Part shown: one piece after another, positions 46,917 to 57,022 of the stretch
Layout of the letters: each line of letters opens with the position of its first letter
Position numbering within the stretch: the stretch's first letter is position 1
NCBI GenBank assembly: GCA_964595535.1
Contig: CAZQRD010000004.1
Location: 5,071-69,070, forward strand
Length of the DNA stretch: 64,000 nucleotides
Source of the DNA: an uncultured Flavobacteriaceae bacterium
GTDB taxonomy: Bacteria; Bacteroidota; Bacteroidia; Flavobacteriales; Flavobacteriaceae
Reading direction: 5' to 3'
Position numbers and translations under genes: made by a program
The notes under the pieces: model-generated
Database searches by the model: none
What the model saw: the letters and a program-made list of their open reading frames with translations, nothing else
Told to the model about the DNA's origin: nothing

Positions 46917-48440
46917 TTATTTCAATAAAGAATGTCGCGTCATTGATTCTGGCTGAGCGATCTTTAATAGATCTAGGATTGTTGGTGCAATATCTCCTAA
47001 GACACCATCTTCAATACTATTTTCTTTTTCCCCCTCCACAAGTATTAAAGGAACCGGATATGTTGTATGCGCAGTATTTGGTGTTCCATCTTCATTGAGC
47101 ATTTTTTCACTGTTTCCGTGATCAGCAATAATAATGCTTGAATAACAGTTTTCCAAAGCGGTATTCACTACGGTTTTCAGGCACAAATCAACTGTCTCAG
47201 CAGCTTTTATGGCTGCCTCCATCACACCAGTGTGTCCAACCATGTCTGTATTGGCAAAATTCAAACAGATAAAGTCGGCCTCCTGAGCTTTAAGCTCGGG
47301 TACAATGGCATCTCTGATGTCATAGGCACTCATTTCAGGCATCAAATCATAAGTGGCTACTTTAGGAGAAGGACAGAGCAACCTTTTTTCTCCGTCAAAC
47401 TCTTTTTCTTGTCCTCCTGAAAAGAAGAAAGTAACATGAGGATACTTTTCTGTTTCAGCTATCCTGATCTGTTTTTTACTATTCTTTTCCAAGATCTCAC
47501 CTAATGTTTCAATTAAATTATCCTTCGGATAAACGACCGAAACCTTTTTGAACGAATCATTATAATTCGTCATGGTTACATAGTATAGTGGCAAGGTATG
47601 CATACCAAATTCCTGAAAATTCTCTTGTGTTAAGACTCTGGTCAACTGTCTTCCCCTGTCAGTTCTAAAATTGAAGAAAATAATTACATCGTCCTCTTCG
47701 ATCTTGGCAACGGGCTGCTCGTTTTGATCGACCATAACAATGGGTTTTATGAATTCATCTGTTACACCCTCATCATAACTTTTTTGAACACTTTCGACCG
47801 CCTTTTTAGTCTTTTCTCCAATTCCGTTGACCATTACATCATAAGAAAGTTTTACTCTTTCCCATCGTTGGTCTCTGTCCATGGCATAATACCTACCACA
47901 TATGCTGGCCAATTTCCCTGTAGATTGATTCATATGTGTTTCAATTTCCTTTACAAAACCAAGGCCAGATTTCGGATCTACATCCCGGCCGTCTGTAAAA
48001 GCATGTACATAGACATCTTGCAAACCAAAATCATCAGCCGCATTCAATAGCCCTTTGAGGTGATCGATGTGTGAATGAACGCCTCCATCAGAAAGAAGGC
48101 CTAAAAAGTGCACTTTTTTATGTTTCTTTTTCGCATACTCAAAAGCATCCGTAATCACTTTTTCCTGCGCAATAGAACCACTGGCAACAGCATTATTGAT
48201 CTTAACAAAGTCTTGATATACGATTCGGCCAGCACCCAAATTCATATGCCCCACCTCTGAGTTTCCCATTTGTCCTTCGGGTAAACCCACGTGCAAACCA
48301 TCTGTTCTTAAACTGGCATTTGGATAGTTGTCGATCAAAGAATCGAAAAAAGGGGTCTTTGCTTTATAGATTGCTGAAACGTTAGGATTTTGTGTTTCTC
48401 CCCATCCGTCTAAAATGATCAAAATAACTTTTTTCTCCAT
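46917..48440 (-). CDS. gpmI: 2,3-bisphosphoglycerate-independent phosphoglycerate mutase
   Basis: LDGWG, GQMGNSEVGH, AETEKYPHVT, DMVGHTG, ADHGN. Start refined to 48440. Confidence 0.98.
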   Translation of the reverse strand: MEKKVILIILDGWGETQNPNVSAIYKAKTPFFDSLIDNYPNASLRTDGLHVGLPEGQMGNSEVGHMNLGAGRIVYQDFVKINNAVASGSIAQEKVITDAFEYAKKKHKKVHFLGLLSDGGVHSHIDHLKGLLNAADDFGLQDVYVHAFTDGRDVDPKSGLGFVKEIETHMNQSTGKLASICGRYYAMDRDQRWERVKLSYDVMVNGIGEKTKKAVESVQKSYDEGVTDEFIKPIVMVDQNEQPVAKIEEDDVIIFFNFRTDRGRQLTRVLTQENFQEFGMHTLPLYYVTMTNYNDSFKKVSVVYPKDNLIETLGEILEKNSKKQIRIAETEKYPHVTFFFSGGQEKEFDGEKRLLCPSPKVATYDLMPEMSAYDIRDAIVPELKAQEADFICLNFANTDMVGHTGVMEAAIKAAETVDLCLKTVVNTALENCYSSIIIADHGNSEKMLNEDGTPNTAHTTYPVPLILVEGEKENSIEDGVLGDIAPTILDLLKIAQPESMTRHSLLK

Positions 48441-48593
48441 GGCTGATTTGATATTGAAAAAGTGAGATGCAAAGATACGGAACAATTGTTTTTTGTGGCA
48501 TGTTTTCAATGAAAATAATGCACCCTGACCTACTGTAAAAAAAGATATGAACCCCTAAAGTTTAGCCGCTCAAAAATAACAGCGATGAATGGA

Positions 48594-49718
48594 CTATTTT
48601 GGAGACTCTATGGGTACCAATCTCACAATACCAAGTTGTTCAATAGAGACATATATATAGCCATCAGGAGCCACTTTTACGGTTCTTACCCTGCCCATTC
48701 CTTCAATTAGTTTTTCTTCTCTTACAACCTTTTTATTGTCAAGAACAACCAGATCGAGGTATTGAAATTTTAAAGAACCCACCAGAAGATTTCCTTTCCA
48801 TCCTGGATAAAGATCACTATTCATAAAGGCCATTCCACTAGGAGCGATTGAAGGCACCCAATAGTGCAGGGGTTGCTCCATCCCTGGTAGATCTGTATCT
48901 TTGGTGATCTCAGAGTCGTCATAGTTAATTCCGTAGGTAACCAAGGGCCATCCATAATTTTTCCCTGCTTCAATAATGTTGATCTCATCTCCTCCCTGGG
49001 GCCCGTGTTCATGCACCCAAATTTGACCGGTTTTCGGGTTCATGGCCATTCCTTGAGGATTGCGATGCCCATAAGAATAAACAGCAGCCTTGGCTCCTGT
49101 TGCCTCAACAAAGGGGTTGTCGGATGGAATGCTTCCATCGTCATGAAGTCTGTAAATCTTGCCCCCGTCACGGTTTATATTTTGTGGATTAACATCTCTG
49201 TTCCCACGGTCACCAACTGAAAAAAACAAGTAGCCATCCTTATCAAATTCAATTCTGGAACCGAAATGATGACCCTTTTCGCTATTAGGAGTGGCCTTGT
49301 AGATCAATTCCTTATCAATCAGTTCATTTTCTTTTAAACGGGCTCTCATAATTGTCGTATTAGACCCTTCGTCATCATTTTCAATATTTCCTGAAAAAGA
49401 AAAATAGATCCATCCATTATTAGCGTAATCAGGATGTAATTTCAGATCGAGTAATCCTCCCTGATTTTTATAAATGACAGTAGGTACATTTTTAATCTGG
49501 GTTTTATCACCATCCTTAAAAAGAATCATTTCACCTTCCTGTTCAGCAATAAGAATTGAACCATCTGGAAGAAATTCCATACCCCAGGCAATATCTAATC
49601 CATCGACCACAGTTTCGGCTTTATAACCGAAATCATCTTTGCTAATAAATTCGTTATTTTTTTGACATTGAGTTAGTGAAAAGGATAAGCATATAAGGAG
49701 AAAGTTAATTTTCTTCAT
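48594..49718 (-). CDS. PQQ-dependent glucose/sorbosone dehydrogenase family lipoprotein
   Basis: Lipobox LTQC, QGGLLD, HFGSR, YGHRNPQG, HGPQGGDEIN, NYGWP, IAPSG. Confidence 0.92.
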   Translation of the reverse strand: MKKINFLLICLSFSLTQCQKNNEFISKDDFGYKAETVVDGLDIAWGMEFLPDGSILIAEQEGEMILFKDGDKTQIKNVPTVIYKNQGGLLDLKLHPDYANNGWIYFSFSGNIENDDEGSNTTIMRARLKENELIDKELIYKATPNSEKGHHFGSRIEFDKDGYLFFSVGDRGNRDVNPQNINRDGGKIYRLHDDGSIPSDNPFVEATGAKAAVYSYGHRNPQGMAMNPKTGQIWVHEHGPQGGDEINIIEAGKNYGWPLVTYGINYDDSEITKDTDLPGMEQPLHYWVPSIAPSGMAFMNSDLYPGWKGNLLVGSLKFQYLDLVVLDNKKVVREEKLIEGMGRVRTVKVAPDGYIYVSIEQLGIVRLVPIESPK

Positions 49719-49752
49719 GATGGATATAATTAAGACATAAAAGTACGATTTT

Positions 49753-49983
49753 TCAGAATATATATTTCAGATCCAGTTCTGTATCATAATTCTGTCGATT
49801 TCCAGGGGAATAATATCTGGGCTGGTTTTTGTCAAGATCTTGAAATTCATCCAAGCTGTAATCGTTAAAACTGATGATCTTTCCCTCATAGGATTGACCA
49901 TGTAGAAATGAGGAAACAAATATCAGAATCAGGAATGTTTTAAACCATTGCCCTAATTGAAGTTTTATTTTTTTACTAATGAT
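49753..49983 (-). other. 76-codon open frame with signal-peptide-like N-terminus but no ATG/GTG/TTG start
   Basis: IISKKIKLQLGQWFKTFLILIFVSSFLHG|QSYEGKIISFNDYSLDEFQDLDKNQPRYYSPGNRQNYDTELDLKYIF*; fills the gap between the M14 and GSDH genes. Confidence 0.35.
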
Positions 49984-51441
49984 TTATTTGACTACGCCGT
50001 TTTTAATATTATTTCTTCCTTCACTCACATAATAAACAAACCCATTAACAATAGCGTAGATCACTTGTTCATTTTTGCTGAGTAAAAAAGTAGCATCTTT
50101 TCCGAGTTTCAAAGGAGGCGCGGGAATGCTGTTATTTTTGGGAATCTTGACCTTTTTAATATCAATGATGTTCATTGGCATGGGAGTGAATTTGATCTCT
50201 TCAGGCAAATCATTAATGCTTACAGAAGTATAGCCCTGAGAAAGAAGTGTCGAAAAATCTAAGGCCATAAATTCGTCAAAGTCATTCAGGATTTTAGGAT
50301 AAGTTTCACCTACTTTAAATTTAAACCCTTCGGCATCAATTGTTTCGTATCCGAAATTGGATGAAAGATCACCAATATCACTAATCCTGCCCACATAATA
50401 GAATTCACTATGATCCTTGTTTTCAATTTCGTTTCGATGAATACCTACATCGATTTTAAAATCCAATCCGAGATAGGAAAAGGCAAGATTTTTAATTTTG
50501 AGATCAAAGAGTTTTCGATCATTCTTAGGAATAGATAAATATTGGTCAAGCGTCATAGATTGATAACTTTCTGATGAAATACTTTCAATGGCTGATAAGA
50601 TACTTACATAATTCAGTTTGCGAATGAACTGTTTTTCAGGATCCTCATATTGTCCTCCTGATTCAATGAGTATGGTACTAGTTCCCCATTTTTGCATATT
50701 ATCGCCAAAGGCTCTGGGCTCAAACTCATCTGAATAACGACCAACCTGCCCTCGTGCATATCTTTGAAGTACTACATTCATTTTGGCGATAACCCGCATG
50801 GCGTTCCCTCTTGTTTGGTTAATATCCTTTTCAACATTAAAGGCCGGAGCTAAAAAAGAAATCGTCGCAGGTTTTAAGGTTTGTTTGGCATTGTAATATT
50901 TGCTTTGATCATGAAGGTTGAATCCAAAATCTGCATTAAGGCTATCTCGAGTTTTCTTTAGCAATTTGGATTCTGGCGATTGAAGCCTCTGGGCATCTCT
51001 GTTTATGTCTATTCCAATGGCATTGCGTCTATCAAAGGATTCGGCACCGTCAGGATTCAGCATTGGAATAAAATGCAGCTTGACATTTTTTAGTGGGGTT
51101 TTGTCGTTTTTTAAATAATTTATAATGTCAAACATCGCTGCTGTAGCTGTTGGTTCGTCACCATGCATTTGTGACCATAACAAAATTTGTTTCTCTCCTT
51201 CACCAACACTTATCATAGAAATATTTCGACCTTGAATGGACCTTCCCAAAAGAGTAATTTCAAATCCTTTTTCTAATTTTAGACTATCTATCAAGGGCTG
51301 AATGTCTCTATGTTTGAAGCGGCGTTTATCGATCGATGTTTCCTTGAAATTTTCGTAAGAATCGAACAGGCGTTGATCGAATGTTTGTTTTTGAGCCAGG
51401 CCCAAGAAGGGTACCAACAAAAGTAAAAAGTATTTAATCAT
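49984..51441 (-). CDS. M14 family zinc carboxypeptidase, secreted, with extra C-terminal domain
   Basis: HGDE, NPDG, NR, NLHDQ, catalytic E in IESGG; signal ending AQ. Confidence 0.9.
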   Translation of the reverse strand: MIKYFLLLLVPFLGLAQKQTFDQRLFDSYENFKETSIDKRRFKHRDIQPLIDSLKLEKGFEITLLGRSIQGRNISMISVGEGEKQILLWSQMHGDEPTATAAMFDIINYLKNDKTPLKNVKLHFIPMLNPDGAESFDRRNAIGIDINRDAQRLQSPESKLLKKTRDSLNADFGFNLHDQSKYYNAKQTLKPATISFLAPAFNVEKDINQTRGNAMRVIAKMNVVLQRYARGQVGRYSDEFEPRAFGDNMQKWGTSTILIESGGQYEDPEKQFIRKLNYVSILSAIESISSESYQSMTLDQYLSIPKNDRKLFDLKIKNLAFSYLGLDFKIDVGIHRNEIENKDHSEFYYVGRISDIGDLSSNFGYETIDAEGFKFKVGETYPKILNDFDEFMALDFSTLLSQGYTSVSINDLPEEIKFTPMPMNIIDIKKVKIPKNNSIPAPPLKLGKDATFLLSKNEQVIYAIVNGFVYYVSEGRNNIKNGVVK

Positions 51442-52109
51442 GATTTTGATTTAACAGGCACAACTTCCCAGTTCAAAAATGCCGTTGATTTTCTAATCGT
51501 TTCAATAAAATCCTTACCAGGATCTGTTTTTTCAGTTCTGTAACCTTTATCAATTTCCAACCATAAGGGATGTCCCTCAAATTGGGTGTATTCATAATGG
51601 CCGATCACATAATTGATCTCTGGAAACTTCTCTTTTAAGAATTTGATCAATTTGATATTTGATTTAAGCTGTTTTTTGGTCAGAGGCATATTTGCGGTTC
51701 CTCCCACATTTTCGATACCAATGGCGCAATGATTTAATCCAATAACATGTCTGGCCATAGTATTTTCGGGTAACAGACGATATATTTTTCCATTTTGGTT
51801 TACAAGAAACTGAGCCGATACGTTTAATGCACTGGCTTTGGTAATATCTTGCCGGGAATTAGGAAGTCTACTGTTTTTAAAAGCATTAAAGGATTTTTCA
51901 AAATCTGGAATAGCTGTCCAGTGAACAACGATCATTCGAGGATTGATTATGGGCTCACTTTTTACGATCCCATATCTTTTTTCCAGATAATCGATGCTAA
52001 GTTGTTTTCTTTCCTCATCAAAAGTTATGGGTTTGTCGATGATCTTAAGAGAGCTACAGGAAGAAAAGGTGAGGCAAACTAAAAAAACACAAAGTCCGGA
52101 TTTTAGCAT
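51438..52109 (-). CDS. N-acetylmuramoyl-L-alanine amidase (Amidase_2), lipoprotein
   Basis: Lipobox FSSC, VVHWT, ARHVIGLN, IGIEN, GHYE, KTDPG. Confidence 0.9.
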   Translation of the reverse strand: MLKSGLCVFLVCLTFSSCSSLKIIDKPITFDEERKQLSIDYLEKRYGIVKSEPIINPRMIVVHWTAIPDFEKSFNAFKNSRLPNSRQDITKASALNVSAQFLVNQNGKIYRLLPENTMARHVIGLNHCAIGIENVGGTANMPLTKKQLKSNIKLIKFLKEKFPEINYVIGHYEYTQFEGHPLWLEIDKGYRTEKTDPGKDFIETIRKSTAFLNWEVVPVKSKS

Positions 52110-52506
52110 CAGGTAAGAAATGAGGTTTATTTGTTGTGGGCTAATTTAGCCAAAAATAAGCTTGCTGAATTCAAAAAATTGATTTTTCTCTATTGTCAAA
52201 ACTAAAAAATAAACACCACTTTTGTCATTGATTTGGGTCAAGTTCTTAGTTCTGTTTTCTTGCATTTTAGTTGAGAATTATTTCCTTTTAGTTCTTAATC
52301 CATACCTGGATTAAGGCAAAATAATTATTACAGAACTTATAATTGGTTGATTTTACCATTTCTTCTTCTTCTCATTAAATATATTATGAATTGGTAATTA
52401 ATCATTGTGTAAACATAAGGAATTGACATATTATGATGATTAAGTTTAAAAATAACTAAAAAAGCAGGGGATTTTAAAATTCCATAACTTTACAAAAAGA
52501 CAATTC

Positions 52507-54267
52507 ATGAGTCAAAATTATTTGTCAAACAGTGTATTGGAAAAGCTCCCCTATCATTTAAGAGACTTTATCTTAAAGCAGCCCTATGATAAATATACTT
52601 CGCAAAACCAGGCTGTTTGGAGATTTGTGATGAGAAAGAACATGGATTATTTAAGGAAAGTGGCTCATGAATCATATATTCCTGGTTTAGTCAAAGCAGG
52701 GATTTCGGTGGAGGAAATCCCCAGAATGGAAGGGATGAACAGGATCTTAAAAGAAATTGGCTGGGCGGCAGTTTCTGTAGACGGTTTTATTCCTCCAAAT
52801 GCTTTTATGGAATTCCAGGCTTATAACACTTTGGTGATAGCCGCAGACATCCGAACCATTGATCACATTGAATATACGCCTGCCCCGGATATCATTCACG
52901 AAGCTGCAGGGCATGCGCCAATAATAGCAAATCCAGAATATGCCGAATACCTGCGGAGGTTTGGCGAGATTGGTTCAAAAGCGATATCATCAGCGAAGGA
53001 TTTTGAATTATATGAAGCGATAAGGCATTTATCGATCATTAAAGAAGACCCAAATACTAAAGAGAAACTGATATCTGAGGCAGAGGAGCGTATAGCAGAA
53101 ATCACGGGTAATATGGGAGCTACTAGTGAAATGGCAGGGATAAGAAATATGCATTGGTGGACTGTTGAGTATGGTTTAATCGGGGATATTGAGAGCCCTA
53201 AAATTTATGGAGCCGGACTTCTTTCCTCAATTGGAGAAAGCAAATGGTGTATGGGAGATGAGGTAAAAAAAATACCTTATTCCATTGACTCGGCTAAGGT
53301 CGAATTTGATATTACCAAACCACAACCACAATTATTTGTAACACCTGATTTTGCGTATTTGAGTTTTGTTTTAGAGGAATATGCGAACACTATGGCCTTA
53401 AGAAATGGAGGGTTGAGTGGTGTGAAAAAATTGATTGAATCAAAGAATTTAGGAACCGTTGAACTAAGTACAGGTATTCAGATTTCAGGCAAGTTTACGG
53501 ATGTGATCAGCGATGAGCGTATGAAAGCTGTATACCTTAAGACTGCAGGACCCACGGCTTTGGCTTATAAAAATAAAGAACTTATAGGTCATGACAAAAA
53601 ACATCACAAAGAAGGATTTGGATCTCCGGTTGGAAAACTAAAAGGGATCAATCTTGCTATCGAGAATATGTCTCCCACCGATCTGGAGGCCTATGGTATT
53701 TATGAAGGTAGAAAGACGCGCTTGTTGTTTGAGGGAGGCATTCTGGTGGAAGGTGAAATAATTACAGGTAAGCGCAATCTGCAGGGAAAGATTATTTTAA
53801 TTTCCTTTAGAAATTGTACTGTTACTTATCGAGATCAGGTACTGTTTCATTCCTCCTGGGGCATATATGATATGGCAGTGGGCGAATCAATCATATCAGC
53901 TTTTTCGGGAATTGCTGATCCCAATTCGTTTGGGCAGCAGTTTGAGGTTCCTAAGGAAAAGACGCATAAAATTCGTTATTCCGCAAAACAAGAAGCTCTT
54001 TTTAAGCTTTATGAACAAGTACGAAATATGAGAAATTCTGAAAAGGTTGATACAAAATCGCTTGAAAAAATATTCGGGCAGCTTGTGAAAAACTACCCGA
54101 ATGATTGGTTGTTGGTTCTTGAAATATACGAAGTTTTAAAACCTCTTCCCTTGACTGAATTAGCGAGCCACGTAAGGTCGCATTTGGAAGAATCCTATCA
54201 AGATGAGCATACAATACAGCTTATAAAAGACGGAATACATTTGCTTGATAAAGACGCCTTCAATTGA
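52507..54267 (+). CDS. phhA: Aromatic amino acid (phenylalanine) hydroxylase, long form
   Basis: YTPAPDIIHEAAGH, WWTVEYGL, YGAGLLSS; about 290-aa extra C-terminal region. Confidence 0.9.
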   Translation: MSQNYLSNSVLEKLPYHLRDFILKQPYDKYTSQNQAVWRFVMRKNMDYLRKVAHESYIPGLVKAGISVEEIPRMEGMNRILKEIGWAAVSVDGFIPPNAFMEFQAYNTLVIAADIRTIDHIEYTPAPDIIHEAAGHAPIIANPEYAEYLRRFGEIGSKAISSAKDFELYEAIRHLSIIKEDPNTKEKLISEAEERIAEITGNMGATSEMAGIRNMHWWTVEYGLIGDIESPKIYGAGLLSSIGESKWCMGDEVKKIPYSIDSAKVEFDITKPQPQLFVTPDFAYLSFVLEEYANTMALRNGGLSGVKKLIESKNLGTVELSTGIQISGKFTDVISDERMKAVYLKTAGPTALAYKNKELIGHDKKHHKEGFGSPVGKLKGINLAIENMSPTDLEAYGIYEGRKTRLLFEGGILVEGEIITGKRNLQGKIILISFRNCTVTYRDQVLFHSSWGIYDMAVGESIISAFSGIADPNSFGQQFEVPKEKTHKIRYSAKQEALFKLYEQVRNMRNSEKVDTKSLEKIFGQLVKNYPNDWLLVLEIYEVLKPLPLTELASHVRSHLEESYQDEHTIQLIKDGIHLLDKDAFN

Positions 54268-54271
54268 TAAA

Positions 54272-55696
54272 TTACAACTGAGAAACTCGTAAGGTGTTTA
54301 CCATACCTTTATCATGCACAGGCATGGAAGTAAGGTTGATCACAAAATCACCTTTTTTAGCGTAGTTCTTTTCCAGGGTAATTCTATTGAGGTCCTCCAC
54401 GGTTTCATCAGTACTCACCACTTTGTCATAAAATTGAGCCTTTACACCCCATAATAAATTTAATTGGGCCAGGATTCTCGGGTTATCCGAAAAGGCCAGA
54501 ATATTTGATTTAGGTCTTCTTGCAGAGATTTGAAAGGCAGTATAACCACTATTTGTCAAAGTAGTGACTGCTGCCGCCTCAATCTCATCCGCTAGTTTTG
54601 CCGCGTTGCTGCAAATAGCTTTCGAGATATAACGCTCATTGATGCAATTAACCCCCTGAACATAACCTTCGATCAATTCAGAGTCTTCCACACTCACGAT
54701 AATGCTTCTCATGGCCTTGATTACTTCTACCGGGTAGTCGCCAATGGAAGTCTCCCCTGAAAGCATAACCGCGTCAGCACCATCCATAATAGAATTCGCC
54801 ACATCATTAACTTCAGCCCTTGTAGGGATTTGACTTGTAATCATTGATTCCATCATTTGAGTTGCAATTATCACAGGTATACGAGCTTCTTTTGCTTTTC
54901 TAACAAGCATCTTTTGGATGATCGGAACTTTTTGCATTGGAACTTCAACACCCAGATCTCCTCTTGCCACCATTATTCCGTCACAATAAGAGGTCAAATG
55001 ATTGATATTGTCAACTGCTTCAGGCTTTTCAATTTTAGCGATTATTGGGATCTTATAACTTGATTTTTCTTTGATGAGATCACTTAATTTAACAAGATCT
55101 TCAGGCGTTCTCACAAAAGATAAAGCCATCCAGTCTACTTCCTGCTCAATGGCAAATATAGCATCCTTGATATCTTTTTTAGTGAGCGCAGGTAATGAGA
55201 TCTTTGTATTGGGGAGATTCACACCCTTTTTAGATTTTAAGCTGCCGCCTCTCATAACTTTGACCCTAACTGTAGTGTCTCTGTCTGTGTCGATTACTTC
55301 AAAAAGAAGTTTACCATCATCCACAAGAATATTTTCACCTTTCTCCACATCCCTTGGAAAGTTTTGGTAGGTCATAAAGGCCCTTTCCTTTGTTCCCGTG
55401 CATTTTTCGGTAGTGAATTCAAACTCGTCTCCTTCGTTTAGAACAACTCCTTCTTCCATAACACCCACCCTAAGTTTAGGTCCTTGAAGATCGGCAAGTA
55501 CAGCGACATTAAAGTTATTCTCTTTATTTAAGTCGCGAATATCTTTAATTTTGGTTTTTACATCCTCATATTCAGCATGTGAAAAATTGATTCTAAACAC
55601 GTTAACGCCGGCAAGCATCATTTCTTTTAGTTTCTTCTTAGTCCCAATTGCTGGTCCGAGGGTGGCAACTATCTTTGTTTTTTTTCTTATTTTCAT
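54272..55696 (-). CDS. pyk: Pyruvate kinase
   Basis: TKIVATLGP, RINFSH, DLQGPK, AKIEK, ARGDLGVE, MLSGET. Confidence 0.98.
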   Translation of the reverse strand: MKIRKKTKIVATLGPAIGTKKKLKEMMLAGVNVFRINFSHAEYEDVKTKIKDIRDLNKENNFNVAVLADLQGPKLRVGVMEEGVVLNEGDEFEFTTEKCTGTKERAFMTYQNFPRDVEKGENILVDDGKLLFEVIDTDRDTTVRVKVMRGGSLKSKKGVNLPNTKISLPALTKKDIKDAIFAIEQEVDWMALSFVRTPEDLVKLSDLIKEKSSYKIPIIAKIEKPEAVDNINHLTSYCDGIMVARGDLGVEVPMQKVPIIQKMLVRKAKEARIPVIIATQMMESMITSQIPTRAEVNDVANSIMDGADAVMLSGETSIGDYPVEVIKAMRSIIVSVEDSELIEGYVQGVNCINERYISKAICSNAAKLADEIEAAAVTTLTNSGYTAFQISARRPKSNILAFSDNPRILAQLNLLWGVKAQFYDKVVSTDETVEDLNRITLEKNYAKKGDFVINLTSMPVHDKGMVNTLRVSQL

Positions 55697-55698
55697 AC

Positions 55699-56166
55699 TT
55701 AAAAAATTAAATTATCCCTTGATTTTAAATCCATAGGGTCAACGGCATATGAAGCCATAATATTATTTATTTTATTGATACTATATAAAACAGTACTTAA
55801 TTCAGCCTCGTCTTTTAAACCACTGATCTTGATAAAATAGTCTACTTTTTTCTTTTCTGGAATCAAATATGATATTTTGGTTTCTTCAGGAAACAAATTG
55901 TTTATTCCTTCTCTTACGTTCTCTGTAAAAACGTGCTTGTTTGCTATCAATGACCACGATGTAAAAGCAGTTTCATCCTCAAACTTATACAATGGAAAAC
56001 TACAATTACTGGACTCAAAATCAAGGTCATTCTTAAAACGTCTTAATTGTATGCTTAAGTAATTGTTCAAAAAAAAAGCCATTCTATAGTCTGCAAGAAT
56101 AGAATGAATTCCAATCAGAGCATAATCATGATCATATTCAAAATCAATACTATGGATTTTTGACAC
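55699..56166 (-). CDS. IPExxxVDY family protein
   Basis: Contains IPEKKKVDY; typical position between rnc and pyk. Confidence 0.88.
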   Translation of the reverse strand: MSKIHSIDFEYDHDYALIGIHSILADYRMAFFLNNYLSIQLRRFKNDLDFESSNCSFPLYKFEDETAFTSWSLIANKHVFTENVREGINNLFPEETKISYLIPEKKKVDYFIKISGLKDEAELSTVLYSINKINNIMASYAVDPMDLKSRDNLIF

Positions 56167-56281
56167 TATAATGGGTTTGAAACAAACATTTTTTCAAAAA
56201 TAAAGATAGTTTTGGTAAAACAACTCATATAATTGCGAAATCGAGTTATTTCACCAGTTTAGAGACTAATAATCCTTTGTC

Positions 56282-57016
56282 TCAGGTCTCTATTTGAGGC
56301 TTTAATTTATAATACGCCCTTTTAGAAGCAATTTCTTCGGCTTTCTTTTTTGACGTGGCGCGCCCTTTTGAGACGAGATCATGATCCACAAGTAATTTTA
56401 CACTAAAATGTTTTAAGGTATCATTCCCGGTATCTTCATAAACATTATACTTGATCCTTTTTTTGCTTTTCTGACTCCATTCAATCAAAACACTCTTATA
56501 ACTTGTTATCTTACCTTCAAGTCTTTCAATATCAACATATGGTTCAATAACAAATCTGAAAATGAATTTTTCAGTAAATGAATACCCCCGATCAGAATGA
56601 ATAGCCCCAATTAGGGCTTCAAAAAGATTTCCGTGAATATTGTCACCAAAATTCGCATTAGGAATCGAACTTTCTACAAATTTAATAAGTCCAAGGTCTT
56701 TTCCCAGTTCATTGAGATGTTCACGACTTACAATCTTAGAGCGCATTTGGGTTAGATAGCCTTCATCTCCTGTCGGAATTTTTTTGAAAAGGTAATGGGC
56801 AATTACTGCTCCCAAAATTGCATCGCCGAGAAATTCAAGACGCTCGTAATTCATAGGTTTGCCGTTGCCGTTCGTCTTCTTAAGAGAACTATGTGTAAAT
56901 GCTTCTTTGTAAGAATTTATCTTTTTGGGACGGTATCCTAAAACTTTCTTCATCGCCATAACAAATTCTTCATCTTTAGTATTATGAGAATTTGTTATTT
57001 TGCGAATTAGATTCAT
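56282..57016 (-). CDS. rnc: Ribonuclease III
   Basis: YERLEFLGDA, FEALIGA, C-terminal dsRBD (KKKAEEIA). Confidence 0.97.
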   Translation of the reverse strand: MNLIRKITNSHNTKDEEFVMAMKKVLGYRPKKINSYKEAFTHSSLKKTNGNGKPMNYERLEFLGDAILGAVIAHYLFKKIPTGDEGYLTQMRSKIVSREHLNELGKDLGLIKFVESSIPNANFGDNIHGNLFEALIGAIHSDRGYSFTEKFIFRFVIEPYVDIERLEGKITSYKSVLIEWSQKSKKRIKYNVYEDTGNDTLKHFSVKLLVDHDLVSKGRATSKKKAEEIASKRAYYKLKPQIET

Positions 57017-57022
57017 GCAGTA

